64,000 bases of DNA from positions 186,001-250,000 of the forward strand of contig LSRY02000054.1 of the NCBI GenBank assembly GCA_001643675.2. Direction: 5' to 3'. This DNA is from Monocercomonoides exilis PA203. Its lineage: Eukaryota; Protista; Preaxostyla. This document shows, piece after piece, positions 10,596 to 23,914 of this stretch. The translations under genes were made by a program, and so were the position numbers. Each line of letters opens with the position of its first letter. The stretch's first letter is position 1. The notes under the pieces were generated by a model, which was not told the DNA's origin, did no database searches, and saw nothing but the letters and a program-made list of their open reading frames with translations.

Positions 10596-13500
10596 AATAA
10601 TTTTTATCAAACAGTTGTCCACTTTTTTCGTTTTTCAATTTTTGTGTATTCATTGGACATTCTTTTCTAAATTTTGAAAATAATATTGTTTCTGTTCTTT
10701 GTTGATTATTGAATCACACATTTGGTTTTCAAGATCAATGTTTCATTTCTAACATTTCAATGAGTCAAATCTTTAACAATAAATACAACTGAATACAAAA
10801 TAATTCTCGAAAGAAACACGAATTCGATACAATTCCACATGTCATCCGATTGAATATTTTCGAAATATTTCTAAAAGTTAATTTTTTAAATTTTGCATTT
10901 CTGTCAAATAATTATTATTATGAACAAAAATCTTCAATAAATGAAAATGGTTGAAACGAAATTTCAAGATTGTCAAAATTTCAATTAAATCGCTTCATTC
11001 TCATCATTTGATTTTTGTTCTCTCTTTTATATTTAACATATTTTTTCCAACGATGCTGATAGATTTATTTCACTCCTTTGCAATTTCTTCTCTCAAAAAA
11101 TCAAAAATAGTCACAAACATTAAAAATTCAAAAAAAAAATCTTCTTGGGATAAATCAGTATTTCATAACAAGCATAAAATGAGAAATCATCGTTTCACAG
11201 AAAAAAGTCGAATCTCAAATTTGGAATTTTTGAAAATAAACATGGAACGTTTGAAATTAGAATAATCCCTTAAAAAAGAAAAAGAAGGACATCATGAGTC
11301 AAATGTTGGAAGAGAAATAGTCACACATATATGTTTAATACAAAGTATATAAAATTGAATTAATCACTTGTTAAATCTCATTTTTTCTTTCATTCAACCA
11401 TAATAGATGATTTGACAACTGTAAATTCTTCGTCAAACCTTATTTTTGGAGCGGCATTGAAAAAAAAGGTCATAAATTATTTAACTCTCTATTTGTGATG
11501 GAGTTGCAGAAGCATAAAGATTGGAAGTGAGGTTTTATTTCAAAGGAAGGAAAATCTTCAAATCATAATTCAACCAACGCAGCTCAACAACGCGAACAAA
11601 CAACATCGGAAGAATAACAAAACATCCAACACATAGTTCAATGACAGTCCCTCTTTTATTTGCCAGAACCAAATTGTTGTTGACAATGGAGGAGATATCA
11701 ATTTCTTCCACAAAACACAGCAATTTTCAGATAACTGACAAGGGTGCACTTGAAGGCTCCACCATTTTTTGTGCAACATGCCCTTGATAGTTTATGCATT
11801 TATTTGCCTTGCTAGGGGAAACCAAAAGAATAATGCTGATTTCAACAGTTTTCACATAAATAACATTCAGTTCTATCAAAGCCTTCATTCTTCGTTGAAC
11901 ATGCTGCCATTTTCATTGTAATCTTTTTGAATTTGCTTAAAATGTATTGGTTGCTTTTTATTGAAAAATGAAGTTTGGAACAGTCGTTGGACATCAACCA
12001 CTCTGCATTTGTTGTGAGGTTTGAATTTTTTATACATTTGTTCTGTGCCATTCGCTTTCACATTATCTTTTCCTTTTTAGGTATTTCAACAAGATGCATT
12101 TTGGAGACATTCCAGATTTTTATTCAAAGGCATGCAATTGATCAGAAAAGGCTGTGATGTTGAACGATTGTGCATTGGAAGGCTTTGCATGAGTAGAAAT
12201 GACAACGTTATTGGAAGAATTGAAAGCGAGCGATGATAGACAGGAAAAAGAAGAAGATGGAAAAGAGAATGAAAGAATGGAGTTATTTGGAGGAAGAAGA
12301 AAGAGATGGAGGCAGGGCAAATGAAGAACGGAAAGCGAGGAACAAGAGATTGAGAAGAGAGAAGAGTCAAATGGGATTGTCGATATTTCGCAATGGGAGT
12401 GCTTAGCAAACGAAGAAGGACAAAATGAGCAAGTGTTTGCAGAAAAAGTTGATTTTATTGAATGATGAAAAATTTGAAGAATTGAAAGAAATAGAAAACT
12501 TTTTGATTTGTTTTATTTTATTTTTTTTGATTTTTTTTGGAAAATGAATTTTTTGAATTGTAATAACAAAATATAAAAAGCTTTTATTTTTATTTTTTAT
12601 TTTTTTTTTCAAGAATATATGCAGAGAAGGTTTCACGAAACATTTCCTTTCAATCAGTACAAACGTTCTCTAAAAAGTTTCACCTCGCAGAAAATAAACA
12701 GATGGGTATTTTTGAATGTCAAACATCGAATGTTTTCCAAAATGGATGAAAAAGAAAAATTGAGAAGGAGTAAGAAAGGGGAGGACGAATAAAGGAGAAG
12801 AATGCATTTGGATGTTTTGGGTGAAGAAGCTGGAGAAGTGGTATAACAAGGTGAAACAGGAGGGAGTGTGAAGAGAAAAATGGAGAAGAGAGAAAATGAA
12901 GAGAAAGTTTGAGGGAGGGGATGATGATGATGAATCACTCCCCACAAGACTTCTTTGAAGAAGAGGAGATTTGGAGTTTGAGGTTTGGGCAGAAAAAAGA
13001 TTTCAGTTGGAGGGAAAAGATGAATTTTTTTATGATGATTGAGAAGAATGAGAGGAAAAAAAAGAAGGAAAAAAAAAGAGAGAGAAAAGGAAGAGAAATT
13101 GTGGAATAGGATTGAGGGAAAGAATAAAAATCTGTCAAGGGAGAAAGGTCAAATGAAGAGAAGATGAGAAAAAGAGAGAAGAGGAAGAAGAAAGAGAAGG
13201 CGGATGAACGCTTGCAACAACAAAAACAGAATGACGAAGAAAGATTGTCACCTTATGTTTTCAGTGAAGATTGGAACAATTGGTGAAGAAGGAATCTCCA
13301 TTTAATTGCATTAGGAGAGGAGACTTTTGATAATTTGAAACAACACCTTTTCAAGGGTAATTATTGAGGGTATGTGTTTTGAAATAGAAGTTTCAACTTT
13401 TTGTTCCTTTATTGGATCGATATTTCTGTTTGATGGTTTCTTTTTTTTATGTTCAATACAATCAATGCCACAAACATGAAGAATTCTACGTTTTCTGAAA

Positions 13501-13920
13501 AACCAAAAATTTTCAGAAAAAATAATATTTTTTTGTTGATTCACAAGTGATGCAAGATTGGTTCTTATTTTATTTGTGATATATTGATTTGAGCATATTT
13601 CATATCCCCAGATTTTGCATTTCTTTTTCAATTATTGTTCATTTTTTTCAAATTTCATCCTTTTTATTGTTTATTTTTTGTTTTTTGAAGTGAAAAATTA
13701 TCACATGAAACAGCAGACACCGATTCATGGCTGGCAATAATTGAAGAAATGACATTGCTTTGGAAGTTACTCAGATGTCTTTCACATGCTCTCAAAATGA
13801 TTGCTGAATGAAATCCTTTTTTCTTTCCAATTGTGTTGACAACCATAATTTATTTCTATTTGATCGTCCGGAAAAAAATTAAAATTTTCAAATCAAAATT
13901 GATTATCATTCCATTCGAGA

Positions 13921-16900
13921 ATGCATTTGCTCCTTTTTGCATGTTTGATTCTTGGAAAGGCATTTGAAGCACAAGATATCTCTGGAGCAGCCACATTGGA
14001 GAACAAAGGTATTCTTTCGAATTTTTGTATTTTTCATTATTTGTGTTTATTTTGGTGAAGGAAACTCAAACGATGCGCAATTTCAATCGAAAGTCGATAA
14101 CAATCATTTGTTCCGGCAGAGTTCATTTTCAGGAGAGAAAACATTGCAACCAAGAATATCTACAGTGAAAAACACATTTTTTGGATTCTTCAATTCTACA
14201 GTTGGACTGAAAAATGTGGCACTTGAACATTCTTCTTCACCTTTGATGCTTATCGCAGATAAATCAAGCGTGATGCTGGATTTGTGCATTTCCCACCAAG
14301 AATCAGCATCTCCTTTTCATTTGCAAAGTGGGACTATCAACATGGTGAATCTGAGTTTGACCCCCCAAATGAATGTCAGCCCTTCCAGTCTTGTTTTTTC
14401 ATGTGATGATTCAAATTCTGCCATTTTGAGGAATTCCATCGTTGCAGATCTGGCTGTTTCAGCTTCAGATTATCTCCTATTGTCTGGAAAGAGCAAAAGT
14501 GAAGAGATTTCTAACTGTGCCTTCAGGAACATGTCTGTGAAATCAGGCAAGAACAGTGATTATCAGATGGAGCATTCATGCTTGTTGAGTTCAATGGAGA
14601 ATTGCCTCATTTATGCATGTGTGAATACCTTTGAAGGAGGGATTTCGAGTGGATTGCTTTCTTCAGAGAAATTTGTCTGTAAAAACACAACTTCACACAA
14701 TGGGAAAAGAGAAACAAATGCACTTGAGAAAAAAGGGCAAATGAATTTGACAGATAGCCAATCCTTTTCATTGTGTGAATGGACTGATTGCACAGCACCA
14801 CAAGGAGGTGCTCTTTTTATTCACGACAATGAAAATGCAATTTTAACAGTTGAAAATTCTTCATTCACAAGATGCAGCGCTTCTTTAACAAGAGGGGGAG
14901 GAATATATGCTCAAAGAATTGCTAAATGTGTTGTGCTTCATTCTACATTTTCTCAATGCACAGCAGCAGAGATAAAAATTTATGGGGGAGGGGGAATTGA
15001 TTTAGAAATAATAAATTCACAGTCTATGGTTGATGATTGTTCATTTTGTAACTGTTCTGCTGCCAATGATGGAGGAGCGTTAAGTTACTATCAGGTTAAT
15101 GCTCAAAGACAAAAGTATTGCATTACAAATTCATTCTTCAAATTTTGTCGATGCAATTCTTCACGAGATGGCACAGGAGGCGCCATTCTGCATTGGAGTT
15201 GTACAGACCAAATTATTTTCTCAAATTGTTTATTTTATCATTGTTATTCAATGCATGGAGGAGGCGCTGTTGGCATAATAATTAATAGCAACAATTGCGG
15301 AAAATTATTTTACTACTGCTTTTTTCACAACAATACATGCGATATAGCAGGACATGATATAATGCTCCAAAATTCAAAAGAAAACAATATTGATTCCACA
15401 TGCTATTCTACAAGGCAAACAGAGAACAGAATAAGCTTGGATAATGACAGAATTGTCGATAAAAGCGAATGGCTTCGAAACGATTTTGGAAGAACCAGAT
15501 TTGTCTCTTCGGTACAAACAGAACCCAATGCCATTGATACATATGCATGCGGACGGGATGAAAGCCATCCTTGCTGCACCATCAGCCGCTGTCTCACACA
15601 GCTGATTCCAGAATTTGTTTCCGATATAGAGATACTCACAGGAACGATTTCAGAGACAAAATGTGGGGACTGCAATATCAATTCTTACACAATATATGGC
15701 CAAAGCGATTTGAGCACAACAGTTCAAATTGAATTAGAGGCATCTAGTTTGTCTCTTTTTTCAGTCTCCACAGGAACGTTATCTGTCAGGGACTTTGTTC
15801 TTGTGCATGACTCGGCTCATCCGAATAACGGTGAATCAAGGCTATTTGAGATAAGTGGAACAGGAGAGATGCATATTAGCAGATTGAACATATCAACAGG
15901 ATATGGGCAAACTTCAGAAACAGCTTTTTCAACAGAATTGATAAACATTCAGAATGGGATGTTGCAAATGGAACATGTGAACTGGGCAAAGACAATCTCA
16001 ACAACTTCATTGTTTTCACTTTCTTCAACAAATGAAATTTCATTGACTCTTTCAGAATGCACTTTTAATGAAATAGAAAGAACAACAAGCGGAGCAGCTG
16101 TGATGTCATTTTCGAATGACAAGGCAAACATCGATCTGAATTCGAGCACTTTTGAAGGATGTGGAAGCACAAATTCAGAAAATGGAGGATCGATGATGCT
16201 ATGTGCAGGGAATGAAAACGAAGTGAAAGTGAAAGGCGGGATGTTTGATGGATGCTTTTGCTCAACATCCAATGGTCTTGGAGGAGGAATTCTTCTTCGA
16301 TTATTGAATGAAAATCCAGATTTCCTGATTTCTTCCTCATTTGGATCAAACACAGCCAAATGGGGGAATGATATCTTTGTTCTTTCACCAAATTTGGAAG
16401 TGACTGCAAAATCACAAATAATCACTTGTGTGACAGCCTCTTTGGATTCTTTTGACAAAGTTCGAGGATATGACAATGGAAACATCAGTGTGGCCATTCC
16501 ACTGTGCATCTATCTCCTTCCCACTCCAGAAGAAATATATGTGAGCAATTCTGAGGCATCCGATCATTCACATTGTGGAATTGCTCAATTCCCTTGTTTG
16601 ACAATAAAGCACTCACTCACAAGGCAAACAGAAGAAAAGAAAGTTGTTGTGAATGGAAAGGTTTTGATGAGCGATGAATTGGCATTTGGTGAACAGAAGC
16701 ATGAAATCAAAGGAAACGATGATCAAAGTGGCTGGATAGTCTCCGATATTGAAATTGAATCTGATTTTGCGATGATAACAACAAATGTTGAAACGGACTT
16801 GTCAAAGCTCATCTTCTCTCTTCCATCTTCTCTTTCGTCACATTCCACTTTTATTTCATCAACTTCTTCTTCGTTGACTCTGTCCCATTGTTCTATTTCT

Positions 16901-19900
16901 CTTCAAAATCCATCATCAGAATTGACATTTCTGTTTTTATCTGTCGAATCTGGCACCTTGGCCATTGATTCGTTTTCAGCTTCGTCAATCACTTTGAGTG
17001 GAAATCCGTTAATCTCTTTATGTGGAAGTGGAACAAATACCGAGTCAATGAGCACCAAATGGTTGAACATGACGAAAAGCAATTACACAAAAATCGAAAG
17101 AGCAGCTGGAAGTGGAGGCTGCATCAACATTGACAACATCGTTGATGAAAATACGAACACACAAATAAATATTGAAGAATGTGATTTTGAGGAATGCTCT
17201 GTGCAGGCTGATGGAAGCAGAGGAGGGGCTATCAATGCCCAATTGAAGGGGAGCACTCAAATGAATATTATTTCTTGCACATTCACAGGATGCACAGCTC
17301 CTGCCGAAAAAGAGAAGAATGGATTTGGGGGAGGGATGGCACTGAAGGTGATTGATGACGAAACTTCTTTTGTGATAGCATCGCCCATTTTCGATGCAGA
17401 CAAGCCAAATTCTGCAAAATATGGAAATGACCTGTTTGTTGTATCATTCAACTTGACGAAGAGCATCACAAATGACTCACTTCCATTTGTGTCTGGGCAT
17501 CTGGATGATATTTCATTGGATTCAATGAGGGGCTTTGATGGAAGCGACACAACAAATGCGATTCCACTGGTATATTTCTGGCTTAAACTCGGATCGGAGA
17601 TATTTATTGGAGACAAAGGAAGAGATACGGGTGCATGCGGATTCTCAGATTATCCTTGTCAATCAATTGATTATTCATTGGAGCGAATACTTGAAGGAAA
17701 TAAAAGAAAAATTAACATCATTGGTAAAGGAATTCTCCAGAAATGCGTTTATCTCAGTGGAATATCAGTGAAATCGGATGATGAAGAAATGTGCTCTTTG
17801 GAATGTCACACATCACTTGAAGGAGCAGAAGGAGCAGCAATGAAGATTTCTGGAATTGCCAATTTCGAACTGATTAGCTTTGTGATGCCATCTTCATTCA
17901 CAAATGGAGTCAATTATTTGATGGATGTTGGATCAAGTGAAGGAATATTGACTCTGAAAGACTGCTCGTTCACAAAAAATGAAGAAAGTGGAGAAGAAAT
18001 AATGAATTTTGGACTGATCAAAGCAGATGGAGGCACAGTTGTATTGGAGTTTGTGACAATGCAATTGTTGAGCTTTTCAAAAGATGTAATTTCTGTGTTG
18101 TCAACAACGATATTGAATGTGAAAAACCTGACAATGAAGAATGTTGAGCTGGAGGGAGCAAGCGGATTGAGCATTTCAAAGAGTTCAAGAAGAGAGACAA
18201 ATGAAGAGGAACAAGATGTTCTTATTGAGTGGAGTTCATTCGAAGAAGTCACCCAGAACATAACCAATGATATTCCTATCATTCGAAATGTGAATGATGA
18301 GCCATTGAAAATAGTGATAAGAAACACAACGATGAAAAAATGTGGGGGAACAAGGTGCGGAAAGGGAGGAGGGATGTTTTATGTTTTGAATGAGGAAGGA
18401 AGCTTTAACTGCTCATTTTGCACGATTTCTGAGTGCTTCTGCTCCACCACAGGAAGAGGTGGGTGGCTGTTTCTGGAATGCGCCACGGTGGTTGAGCAGC
18501 CTCTGAATTTTGTTCTTTCCAATATCACGTTCAGAGATAACTCTGCATATAGAGGGAGAGATGTGTATGTTCGATGCCACTCAATCGAAACACAAATTGT
18601 TGAAGAGCAATTCTTGTTGGATTTCAGATCGCCGTTTGTGAAAGAACTGGCTTTATGGGGCTGCACAACAGATTCTTTTGTGAGGGAAGAAGATCTTTTG
18701 CTGAGAGTTGTGAAATACCAGAGCGAGACGATATTTGTGTCATCAGTTGCAGATAATCACACAGACAGCAAGCAATGTGGAGAGTTCAGTATGCCTTGTC
18801 AATCGCTGAATGTTGGAATCCAGCACGTTATTCCATCTCTGTACTCACAGCTGTTGATATCAGAAGAGACAATAATCAATGGAGAAAGCAGTGCTTTGAA
18901 TGTGATCATCCGCTCATTGCAATCTCCTTCAGCTGCTTTGGTGCATCTGAACTCAACAATTGCAGGTGATTCTGGAAATCTTTTCACAATCTCAGAGAAA
19001 GTTCGGATTGAGAGTGTGAAATTCAACATTGGCCAGTTGTTTTCGTATTCGGGCAGTTCAATTATTCATGAAGAAAATGGACAGCTTTCTCTTTCATCTG
19101 TTTATTTTTCTTCGATTTTGGAATCAGAAAACATTGAATCTGTTCTCAATTCAACATTGTTGAGCATCGAAAATGGAATTCTTCATATTGACAACTGCTC
19201 AATATCAATGCTTTCGTTCAAGAAGCCTTCATTTTTGCTGAATGGAGATGGTGTCTCAATCACAAATGTTAAACTGGAAAATATTGATTCAATAACAAAT
19301 ATATTTGAGATTGGCAGTTGTGGAAATGTTGCTTTCAATGGAATTGATGCTAATGGGATGAAGCTGTCTGATTGCTGTATCATTTCGATAAACTGTTCAG
19401 CTTCAGGAACAATTACTCTTGTTGATTCATCATTCAATAACTGCTCAAGGAACTCAGAAGGAGCTTCAGTTTTCTCAGCATCTTCATCATCCGCTCACAC
19501 AGTTCTTTCCAATTGTTCGTGTTCCAACTGCGTTTCTCACTCTGATAAAGGGAGCATCATGGAACTTGACAACATGAAAGATGCTCATATGAATATGTGT
19601 GAGCTTGAAGGAATTCTTTCAAAAGAAAGTGAAAGCGAGAGAAATAATGATTTCAGAGAAATATGTGAATGGAATGGATCGCTTGTCCATTCAGCGAATT
19701 CTTCACTGGTGATGAAATATGTTACAATATTGAATTCTTCATCTGGTGGGTTATCCATATCTGCTGGCAATATGACGATTGAAAAAGGTGAGTTTGTGAA
19801 CAACAATCCATTCATTGTAAAATATCCTTCTCTTCGAAGAAACATCATTTGTTCAGGTTCTGCTTCATTAACCATCACCAGCTTGAAAGGTGGAGATGGA

Positions 19901-21670
19901 CAAGAGAAGAATTCTTCTCTTTGGATTCTGAATGATGGATGTGATTTGAGAGGGATAGCAGGAGAAAGGTCATCTCCTTTCTTCATTACAGTTCTGGACA
20001 AGGCGTCTGTGAAAGAAAAGGACAGCGATATTGTTTTGAAATTCAAGGGATCACTTCTTCTTCCTTGTGACTTGTCATTCAGATTGATATTCAAAACAGG
20101 GGATGTGGAGTTGGTTGAGACATATCCATTTGAGGAAGACAGTTTCATATCAGAAACGGAAGTGATTGGGAAAATCCCATCAGAAAATATTTCAACGATT
20201 GCAGATGAAACAGAGGTGTCGGTGATGATATTGTTTGGAAAGCAATTGGCTGCGACAAGCCCACAGATTGTGAAAAACAAAACAGAATCAAAGGTGAAAG
20301 GAGATGAAAGGATTGTTGAAGGAGGAAAAGAAGGAAAATCTTACTGGTTGTTGATTGTTCTTGTTCTTGTTGTGATTTTATTGATAATTCTAATCTCACT
20401 TGTGATTTTCATTGTTCGATGGAGGAAGGCAAAGAATGAAGCGAAGGATTTGAGAGAGATTGTGAATGACAACATCAAAAAGGATCCGAAAGCGTTTGAG
20501 ATGGTGACGATGGAGATGTCACCAGAAGAGCAATGGAGGAGAGCAGAGAAGGAGGGAGAGAAGAAGAACGAGGAAAGGATAATGAAGAGAGTGTATGATA
20601 CGAATATGCAACACTCGGAGTCATCAGAGCATCTTCTATCTGAAAGTGGCTCCACTGAATGCATATTGGGAAATGATTCAGACAAGATCCCAGAATGGAT
20701 GTTGGAGAAGGTTGATGATGAAGAAGAGATAAGGAAGAGAACGCCATCGCCATCTATCTCATCCACTTCAACGACCGATTCTGATTCCACTTTTATCCGA
20801 CCAGAGAGTCTGTGTCCCACCACCTCATCGATGTCGAATCTGGTGGATGCAATGGCATGCTCTTCGCCACATGAGAAGCTGATTGTGGATCTGAGAGATT
20901 CACTGTTCATGCTGCTTCATGGAAGGAATAAGACAAAAGAGATGGCGATTGGCACATTGAAGGAAAGAGAACAAACAGCTGCTCAGATCCTGTTCTGGGT
21001 AGCTAATCTGGCACTCCACTCATTTGACGAGATGGAAAACCCACTTCAGTCACTTGCCAATCTGAGTCCTCACATTGTTCTCTTCTCAGAGCACATGGTG
21101 ATTTGTATTGTGATGCATTCTGACTTATTGTCAGATGATGATTCAGATTCATCCTCCATCTCTTCATCAACAGTTGTGACATCTGCCAGTGATAACGATG
21201 AAAGTGACTCTCTACCCTCATCAGCGTTTGAGGAAGAAGATAGCTTCAAAAAAGAGTGCTTGAGATGGAAGGCACCAGAGCTGTTGATCAACAAGAAGAT
21301 GGGAGCAACGAAAAAGACAGTGGTGTTTTCGATTGGGATGATGCTGTGGGAGTGTCTGACTCTTCAAATCCCATTTGGAGAGTATGAAGCAGAGGCAGCT
21401 GGGCAGAAAATTGTGAATGGAGAAAGGCCGAAGAATGAAGCCAACAATGGAAGCATGAGCGCACTGATTGGACAGTGTGTTTCAGCAGTTCCAGAACAAC
21501 GACCTTCTCTGATTGGACTGAAACGAGAGTTCATTCAGCGTTTTCCAGCAGGAGCTGTTATCATGACTGTGTCAGATGCTGTGGATGTTGAAGAAGACAC
21601 AAATAGAAGGAACAATGAAAGTGGAAGTGGAAGAGGGAGTTGGGGTGGGAGCTTGTTCAGTGAGAGATGA
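13921..21670 (+). CDS. Giant receptor-like surface protein: signal peptide, beta-helix ectodomain, TM helix, degenerate TKL-like pseudokinase tail
   Basis: Exon 1 (13921-14008, MHLLLFACLILGKA signal-like) joins the 2572-aa ORF in frame through a 52-nt GT..AG intron (14009-14060). GGA/GGG motifs, CGxxxxPC modules, TM WLLIVLVLVVILLIILISLVIFIV, then kinase C-lobe motifs RWKAPEL, VFSIGMMLWE, IPF and QRPS. Confidence 0.85.
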
Positions 21671-23034
21671 AAATTATGAAAGATGTTGGTTCTTGCAGTT
21701 TTATGGATCTTCACAAAATGCGCTTTGGAATTGGATGAGCCTGCAGAAGGTTGTGAAGGCAGAAAAAGATGTGACATGAAATGAATGGGAAGGGGATGAA
21801 AATAATGGTGAATGGTTTAGATGAAAACAAAATTTTTTTGTTTGTTTTTGCGTGAAACTGGCTCTTTCTTTGAGAGAGTCTGATGCTTTTCATTTGTTTT
21901 GGAATATGGGCGTACTTTTTATGGAATATATTTTTTAAGTTTTTGTTGAAAAATATTTTCTTTTGTTGATAGTTTTCTTTCGTCAATTGTAACTCAGACT
22001 TCTATATCAGCAACTGTTTCATAAATGGATGAACATTTCAGTTATTTTTTTTCAAACATTTTCACTATTTTTATTTGTTGTGATTCCATTCATAGAAAAC
22101 CCGTTGAATTGATTTTTTCCAACTTCTGTTTTCGCTCTTCATTTTTTTAAATAGCTAACCTTTTTTTTTATTTATAGTTCATTGTATATGTGTATATTCA
22201 TGTATCTCTTTCAAAATTTATTATTCGATTCTTCATATTTCATGCTCATTACATATTCGCATTCATCTTCTTTATTTTTCGGAGAATGATTTATCATTTT
22301 TTCAATTCTTGTAACAAATTAATAAATGCTATTTCAAAGAAATCTGACAAATATATTTCATCAGAAAATGAACAGATTCCAGTTATCTTTTTAAGTTCTC
22401 AGAGACTTGTTTGTTTTCATGTTTAAATCTCTCACCTTCGCAAAAACAATTTGATAAATAACTCTTATGTGACACTTCATCCAATGACTCAAATTTATCA
22501 CTTCTCCCTGAATTCTTTGCATCAAATGCAGTTCAAATTTTCTTCTTCCATCTCCATCCTTCGCTCCTCTAACTTCTGTCTCTGCAATGCTTCTTCCAAA
22601 GTATCCTTTCAAAAATGCTGCAGCTGTTATCAGCTTTTCTCGCAAATATTTTCCATCCCATTTCCATTTGTTATTCTTCTTTAATCACAACAAATACAAA
22701 AAATAGCTTTGTTTTGTTTGTGATCCACAAGCATTATCTTCTTCTTTTTTACGGCCTACACCATCTTTTCCAGCCAAACCTCCATCATCAGACTCATTCT
22801 CCCTTGACAATTCACAATGGAGCGAATCAACAAACACAAGGAGCGGGTTTGCTCCTCAATAATGAGTATTATTTTTAATTATGGGTAGTTTGAGATCAAA
22901 CTTCGCCAACAATTTAACCTCCTTTGCATTCCATTGTCCACAGGAAGAATGACTCAAGATACTGTTAGAGCGCCAAATAGCGACGGCGAGGACAGAGGAT
23001 ATGATCTTATTCACAGGCTATCAAGGGTAGAAAA

Positions 23035-23845
23035 CATGATCGAAGAAATCACCAGAAGCCAAGCATGACCAAGTCAGTTCGGAGCTACGGGGATGCTGCC
23101 AATGAGAAAAGTGAAGAGGGAACGACTAAGGAGTTTTTTACAGGACACACAGACACAAGCTGGAACTCGCTGGCCAAAACTGCTATCACAACATAGGGGA
23201 GATGAGACTCACCAAAAGCGAGCCGAGTAATCGAGCTCCTCCAGCCTGCTCTTGAATCGGGCTTTGAAGCAGCGAAAGTGATTGCATCCCTCACAGCAAA
23301 GGAGCTGAAGAGAATTCACCTTTCTGAGGAGGAGAAAGAACGACTGAGAGGACTGTTTTGCGCCTATGAGCTTATCTCCGGCTGTATCAGCAGAATTAAC
23401 CTACTGAAAGTTATACCCCAATCGGGCTGGGAGAGCGCGAAAGGCTTTTTAGAAGGTGGAATGTCCAAGGAGGTGCCAGTGAATCTAAGAAAGTTGGTTG
23501 ATAGCACCGGCTTTTTTCGAGCAGAGGGAGATGCAACAGTATGCTGTGCATCTCACGACTCCTCGGCAGGGTTCGGCCTTGCAACGGCCAGAAGCGAGAC
23601 CACCGAGAAGATACAGTTCGGAAAGGAGCACCCAGGGATTCGTATACAGACAACTTCAGAGAAGGGGATACGGAAGGAGCTTCACAGACTTCAGGGGAAA
23701 GAAGAGAATGCCCCAGTTCCAAGCGCAGTTTGTCCCAACCATCGCTGGGAGGCCAGTCCCTATCACTGAGCCATTGCCCCAAGCTCCTCCAAATACTCAA
23801 GGAGGGACAGCTGTGGAATCAACAGTTGGAGCCAACAAATGGTAG
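23035..23845 (+). pseudogene. gag-like ORF1 of the DIRS element (fragmented)
   Basis: Overlapping ORF fragments 23278..23769 and 23498..23845 lie between the left ITR and pol. Assigned by position only. Confidence 0.45.
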
Positions 23846-23914
23846 CAGGAGTAGAAGGGGAGAGGGGAGAGAGAGTAGAGAGAGAAGAGTGAGAGAGTAT
23901 CAGATTTTAGCGAA

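Noticed and set aside
11400-13300. Possible decayed gene (LRR-like fragments)
   Set aside because: No coherent frame or recognisable motif.
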